Assembly (NCBI GenBank): GCA_032250835.1
Contig: JAVVEA010000001.1
Span: forward strand, 384,001 to 448,000
Length of the DNA stretch: 64,000 nucleotides
Source: a bacterium
GTDB lineage: Bacteria; SAR324; XYD2-FULL-50-16
Reading direction: 5' to 3'
A program made the position numbers and the translations under genes. The notes beneath the pieces are model-generated. The model did no database searches. It was not told where the DNA came from and saw only the letters and a program-made list of their open reading frames with translations. This document shows, piece by piece, positions 63,104-64,000 of the stretch; position 1 is the stretch's first letter, and every line of letters begins with the position of its first letter.

Positions 63104-63223
63104 GTCGGCCCCGGTGAACGGGGCCGTTGGGCCCGCAGATTCCTTAGGCCCAGCCCTTAAACTGGGCCCGGAACCGAAGGCGGCCAATCAAACCTAAAAC
63201 ATCACCTCTAAAGATAAAGTTGC

Positions 63224-63571
63224 ATGGTCTTTGTCTTCGTTTATGGAACCCTAAAGCAGGGCTTTGCCAACCACCACTACCTTGCGGGCTTGGAGATGAG
63301 GCCCGGCTGGGTCGAAGGTTACCAACTGCACCAAGGCCCCGGATATCCCTACGCCGCACCTGGGCAGTCCCGAATTTATGGGGAGGTTTACCCCGTCGAT
63401 GACGCCCTGTTAGCACAGCTAGACGCCTTAGAAGAAACGCCCCACTACTACCGCCGCATAGGGTGCCAAGTCCATTTTGGAGGCGGTGAAACCTGCCCAG
63501 CCTACCTATACGTCCGCCCCGAAGCGGCGGGTCTGCCGGTCATCCCTCAAGGCAAGTACAACCTCACCTAA
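63224..63571 (+). CDS. Gamma-glutamylcyclotransferase (AIG2-like) family protein
   Basis: VFVYGTLKQGFANHHYL, YP, GEVY, LDALE, YYRR. Confidence 0.9.
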   Translation: MVFVFVYGTLKQGFANHHYLAGLEMRPGWVEGYQLHQGPGYPYAAPGQSRIYGEVYPVDDALLAQLDALEETPHYYRRIGCQVHFGGGETCPAYLYVRPEAAGLPVIPQGKYNLT

Positions 63572-63666
63572 AGAGGGTTTACATGAAATAGATTTGTCTT
63601 CTAGGGCTTATTCAGGTAAATTGCCATCGTTAACCGAACCTATCGCCGCCCCACTTAGGAGAGATT

Positions 63667-64000
63667 TTGCGAGTCAAAAGCTTGGATTACGAAAACCCCA
63701 TAGCCATCCTACGCGATGTATATTGGGTCGGCTTTTATGACGCCGAAGCGGACCTGCATTGCAACCCCTTCTTGCTGATCGATGAAGAAGAGGTGGTCCT
63801 CTTTGATCCCGGCTCGATCCCGCATTTTCCGGTGGTGATGCGTAAAGTGATCGACGTGGTCAACCCTGAAGAGATCAGCCATCTGGTCTTAAGCCATCAG
63901 GACCCCGACGTTTGCGGCAACGTGGCGGTTGTCGAAGACCTGATCGACCGCAAAGACCTCTTGTTGATCAACCACAGCAGCCAAACCCGCCTGATCCATC
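63667..64000 (+). CDS. MBL-fold oxygen-binding di-iron (ODP-like) protein, truncated by window end
   Basis: Manual translation from TTG 63667 (AGGAG SD): ...VYWVGFYDAEADLHCNPFLLIDEEEVVLFDPGS...LSHQDPDVCG. Confidence 0.8.
   Translation, partial: MRVKSLDYENPIAILRDVYWVGFYDAEADLHCNPFLLIDEEEVVLFDPGSIPHFPVVMRKVIDVVNPEEISHLVLSHQDPDVCGNVAVVEDLIDRKDLLLINHSSQTRLIH

Overview
Gene-dense chromosomal segment of a moderately GC-rich Gram-negative bacterium. Gene content resembles the former Deltaproteobacteria/SAR324 lineages (an impression, not checked). I found no rRNA, tRNA, CRISPR array, transposase, integrase or phage gene. Housekeeping and metabolic genes include coaX, riboflavin synthase, ribD, fliN, class I fumarase, efp-epmA, NDH-2, ald, fused 5-oxoprolinase, trxC and dodecin. 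Signalling is heavy: five MCPs (NIT, Cache, 4HB, CZB and sensor-less), three histidine kinases, two single-domain receivers, an output-less poly-PAS protein and an ODP-like di-iron protein. Redox/sulfur accessory loci are hemerythrin-DUF2249-membrane protein-TetR, a DsrE/F/H-like triad and a rhodanese-ferritin fusion. Most notable: (1) a SpeD-SpeE fusion followed by a second, divergent SpeD homologue, probably a pyruvoyl ornithine/arginine decarboxylase; (2) a 7TM-DISM hybrid kinase ending in a ChiS-type DNA-binding domain, with a structured leader upstream; (3) a repeated GTGAATA-N10-TWTTCAC palindrome linking the hemerythrin/TetR operon to a NIT chemoreceptor; (4) an oxoprolinase gene with an in-frame TAG at codon 3; (5) a pentapeptide-repeat/FGE lipoprotein coupled to a predicted beta-barrel; (6) a catalytically degenerate ABC-ATPase-like protein and a tandem-TerB/DUF2225 fusion. 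All family calls are from motif recognition by eye; no database searches were run.
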